Of a stretch of 12,394 bases of DNA, positions 10,122-12,394 are shown in pieces (the stretch's first letter is position 1; each line of letters starts with the position of its first letter). The position numbers and the translations under genes are program-made. This DNA comes from Candidatus Bipolaricaulia bacterium (GTDB taxonomy: Bacteria > Bipolaricaulota > Bipolaricaulia > JBHIAT01), in assembly GCA_046758705.1 (NCBI GenBank), contig JBHIAT010000109.1, positions 1-12,394 of the forward strand, given 5' to 3'. The notes under the pieces are model-generated. The model did no database searches. It saw only the letters and a program-made list of their open reading frames with translations, and was not told the DNA's origin.

Positions 10122-10628
10122 ATGAGACGGATGCAAGTGAAGGCGTTGCTCTTGGATGCGACCAGCAACATACCGGTGGTCCTGTTGGAGGATCCGGACT
10201 CACAGATGGTGATGCCGATCTGGATTGGTATGGCTGAGGCGCAGGCTATCATCTTCCAGATGCAGCAGCAGGATTTCCCCCGACCCCTCACTCACGATTT
10301 AATGAAGGTCATCATCGAGCAGCTCGGTGGTAAACTGGAGCAGGTAGTAATCAATAGCATCCAAGACCAGGCTTTCCATGCCACCCTGTTTGTCAGAACC
10401 GATGGTGGAGAGGTGCGAGAGATCGATGCTCGTCCCTCGGACTCGATCGCCCTGGCGCTCAGAACGGAGAGCCCGATCTACATCGCTGACGACGTCTTCG
10501 ACGAGGCAGCGATCGAATCCCCGTTCAAAGAGGGTGCGGACGAAGAGGAGGAGGAGGACAAACAGAAGTTCCAGGAGTTCATCCAGGGGGACATGAGCCT
10601 GGAGGATTTCAAGAAGTTTAAGCGATGA
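10122..10628 (+). CDS. Bifunctional nuclease family protein (DUF151/BFN)
   Basis: Motifs PIWIG..EA.AI, PRPLTHDL and IDARPSDSIALALR, acidic C-terminus, strong SD. Confidence 0.93.
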   Translation: MRRMQVKALLLDATSNIPVVLLEDPDSQMVMPIWIGMAEAQAIIFQMQQQDFPRPLTHDLMKVIIEQLGGKLEQVVINSIQDQAFHATLFVRTDGGEVREIDARPSDSIALALRTESPIYIADDVFDEAAIESPFKEGADEEEEEDKQKFQEFIQGDMSLEDFKKFKR

Positions 10629-10743
10629 GTTGAGTTATCTATATCTCCCATTCCTCTCTCTGTTTTTACCTTCACAAGGTCTCTTTCGAGCATTAAGGCT
10701 AAACCTTAACCACCGAAAGTTCCCAAAGCCCTCGCATCGTATA

Positions 10744-10752
10744 TGCTATAAT
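10744..10752 (+). promoter_or_regulatory. Extended -10 promoter upstream of the tRNA
   Basis: Perfect TG-C-TATAAT ending about 40 bp before tRNA base 1. Confidence 0.7.
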
Positions 10753-10791
10753 CGGGTGAGCCGATTTCACTTGAAACTGTATGCACCGCGG

Positions 10792-10866
10792 CGCGGGGTG
10801 GTGTAATGGCAACACGCCAGCCTCATAAGCTGGAGTGTGCCAGTTCGAATCTGGCCCCCGCAACCA
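10792..10866 (+). tRNA. tRNA-Met(CAU), initiator-like acceptor stem, atypical anticodon arm
   Basis: Full cloverleaf. Acceptor CGCGGGG/CCCCGCA, D stem GTGT/ACAC, anticodon stem CCAGC/GCTGG with loop CTCATAA (CAT at 10824-10826), T stem GCCAG/CTGGC with TTCGAAT, discriminator A, encoded CCA. Confidence 0.95.
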
Positions 10867-10877
10867 ACTTGAAGATC

Positions 10878-11162
10878 ATGAGGAAGCGGTTCCTGCTTTG
10901 GAAGTCGATCGATCCCAAGGAGAATCGCCAGCGGTATTATTCCGTTCTCTTAGAAGAGGACTTGTGGGGAGAGCAGCGGTTGATCCAGCGGTGGGGCCGA
11001 GTGGGGAGCCGACCTCAGGAGAAGGCGACCCGGGTTGAAGGGGATGAAGACTTAAAACAGCAGCTTCGAAGGATTCACCGGGAGCGGACGGCCCACGGCT
11101 ACGAGCTGGTAGACGGGTCAGAGAATTGGGTCAAGATGATCAAGCAGGAACAAGACAGGTAA
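10878..11162 (+). CDS. WGR-domain protein, 94 aa
   Basis: N..RYY....EDLWG...LIQRWGRVG and terminal HGY match small bacterial WGR proteins. The ORF-track start at 10806 lies inside the tRNA, so the ATG at 10878 is used. Confidence 0.85.
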   Translation: MRKRFLLWKSIDPKENRQRYYSVLLEEDLWGEQRLIQRWGRVGSRPQEKATRVEGDEDLKQQLRRIHRERTAHGYELVDGSENWVKMIKQEQDR

Positions 11163-11167
11163 CACCA

Positions 11168-11218
11168 ATGGGATGGTGTTGGGCCTGCCATCGAGGGCAA
11201 TGTTGGGGCTGCGAGTGA
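11168..11218 (+). CDS. Possible Cys-rich micropeptide MGWCWACHRGQCWGCE
   Basis: ATG 5 nt after the WGR stop, AGGT 7 nt upstream, two CWxC motifs. Could be chance. Confidence 0.25.
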   Translation: MGWCWACHRGQCWGCE

Positions 11219-11352
11219 AATAACCCGGCTTATTTGACATTGGTCGTGACCTGGTGACGACGGTTGTTCTGGAAGACCTGAAGGATCGACAATCGATTTT
11301 ATCAAACATCCATCTCCCAGAAGGCAATGTGAATTACTGAGACTCCTCGGAT

Positions 11353-11377
11353 TATAATTGCTTAACGGGGAGAGGAA
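11353..11377 (+). promoter_or_regulatory. -10 box and ribosome-binding site of the MBOAT gene
   Basis: TATAAT at 11353-11358, and GGAGAGGA shortly before the ATG at 11384. No clear -35. Confidence 0.45.
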
Positions 11378-11383
11378 GATCCG

Positions 11384-12339
11384 ATGCTATTTAATTCGCT
11401 ACCATTCATCATATTTCTTCTCGTGGCGGTCGTTCTCTACTACCTGATCCCCCATCGGTTCCGATGGCTGCTGCTCCTGTTGGTCAGCTACTATTTCTAC
11501 ATCGCCTGGCAGCTTATGTCGATGATGCGTATCGAGTTCCGGTCTTCACTACGCCGGTCGATCTGATTGTCGCCACCTACTTCTTCGCGTTTCAGATCTA
11601 CTGTGACTTCTCCGGCTACACAGACATAGCGATCGGGGCCGCCAAGCTGATGGGATTTGATCTGATGGAGAACTTCAGAAGGCCGTATCTGTCCAAATCG
11701 ACCCCGGAGTTCTGGGGCGGCCGTTGGCATCTTTCTCTGTGTACCTGGTTTCGGGACTAAATGTACTTTCCGATGGGAGGGAGTCGGGTCTCTTGGCCAA
11801 GACACTACTTCAATCTGATGATGGTCTTCGTGGTGAGCGGCTGGTGGCACGCCGGATTGGGTTATGGGATCAGCTGGGCATTTCTGCTGTGGGGGGCGAT
11901 CAACGGGTTCTACCAGTGGGTGGGGGCAGCCACGGAGAAGTGGTGGCGTAGGCTGGGGGAGCGGCTCCCGAGGACGAGGAACAACGGGTTCCTGAATGCA
12001 ATCCGGATCGTCTATACCTTTCATCTGATCACGTTTGCCTGGATCTTCTTCCGGGCCAGTTCGATCGAAGACGCGGTTACAATCATTAGGCGCATCTTTG
12101 ACTCTCTAAACCTTCTACCTACACTGGTGAGAACTTACTTGAGAGCTGCTGAAACGGACTTTTTCATCTCTATTGGATTGATCGTCCTTTTGATGCTGGT
12201 AGAATGGGTGGATGAGCGAAAATCGATCTGGGAGAGGCTGCGTCCCAAGCCGGTGGTGGTGCGTTGGGCGGTCTATTATGTGCTGATATTCGGCCTGATC
12301 ATCCTGGGGAAGTGGGGGTTGTCCCAATTTATCTACATG
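11384..12339 (+). pseudogene. MBOAT O-acyltransferase (AlgI/DltB/PatA family) pseudogene
   Basis: The N-terminus MLFNSLPF...SYYFYIAW shifts frame into RLAAYVD...QIYCDFSGYTDIAIG...ENFRRPY...RWHLSLCTWFRD*. After the TAA at 11758-11760 the same frame continues YFPMGG, SGWWH, WIFFRA, QFIYM. The middle of the protein is missing. Confidence 0.88.
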
Positions 12340-12394
12340 CCTCTCGGTTCGCTAACTTTCCTGAGCAAAAACGAAATTTGTTCAGGCGCTTTCC

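Noticed and set aside
10792..10866. tRNA-Ile2 (lysidine) or a standard elongator tRNA-Met
   Set aside because: The C1xA72 mismatch and CGCGGGG acceptor are initiator hallmarks. This is not formally excluded without isotype scoring.
10806..10877. N-terminal extension of the 118-aa ORF
   Set aside because: It runs through the tRNA gene; the WGR similarity begins after the ATG at 10878.
11232..11339. Protein-like frame FDIGRDLVTTVVLEDLKDR...
   Set aside because: No convincing start or SD and no recognisable family. It may be gene debris, but I cannot support that.

Overview
The left 9.7 kb is one tightly packed minus-strand run. It begins with AMP-forming acetyl-CoA synthetase (acs). A complete group 3b (sulfhydrogenase-type, NAD(P)-coupled) [NiFe]-hydrogenase cluster starts 24 bp later: beta, a stand-alone cNMP-fold protein, gamma, delta, alpha, maturation protease, hypC, hypD, hypE. 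No hypA, hypB or hypF is in the window. The spacer between acs and the next gene holds promoters in both directions and an orphan 3' fragment of a group II intron (decayed domain V plus a long, intact domain VI). The plus-strand right end carries a DUF151 bifunctional nuclease and an unusual CAU-anticodon tRNA with an initiator-type acceptor stem but no 3GC anticodon stem. A WGR-domain gene, a possible 16-aa Cys-rich micropeptide and an AlgI/DltB-family MBOAT pseudogene follow. All calls come from motif recognition by eye; no searches were run.
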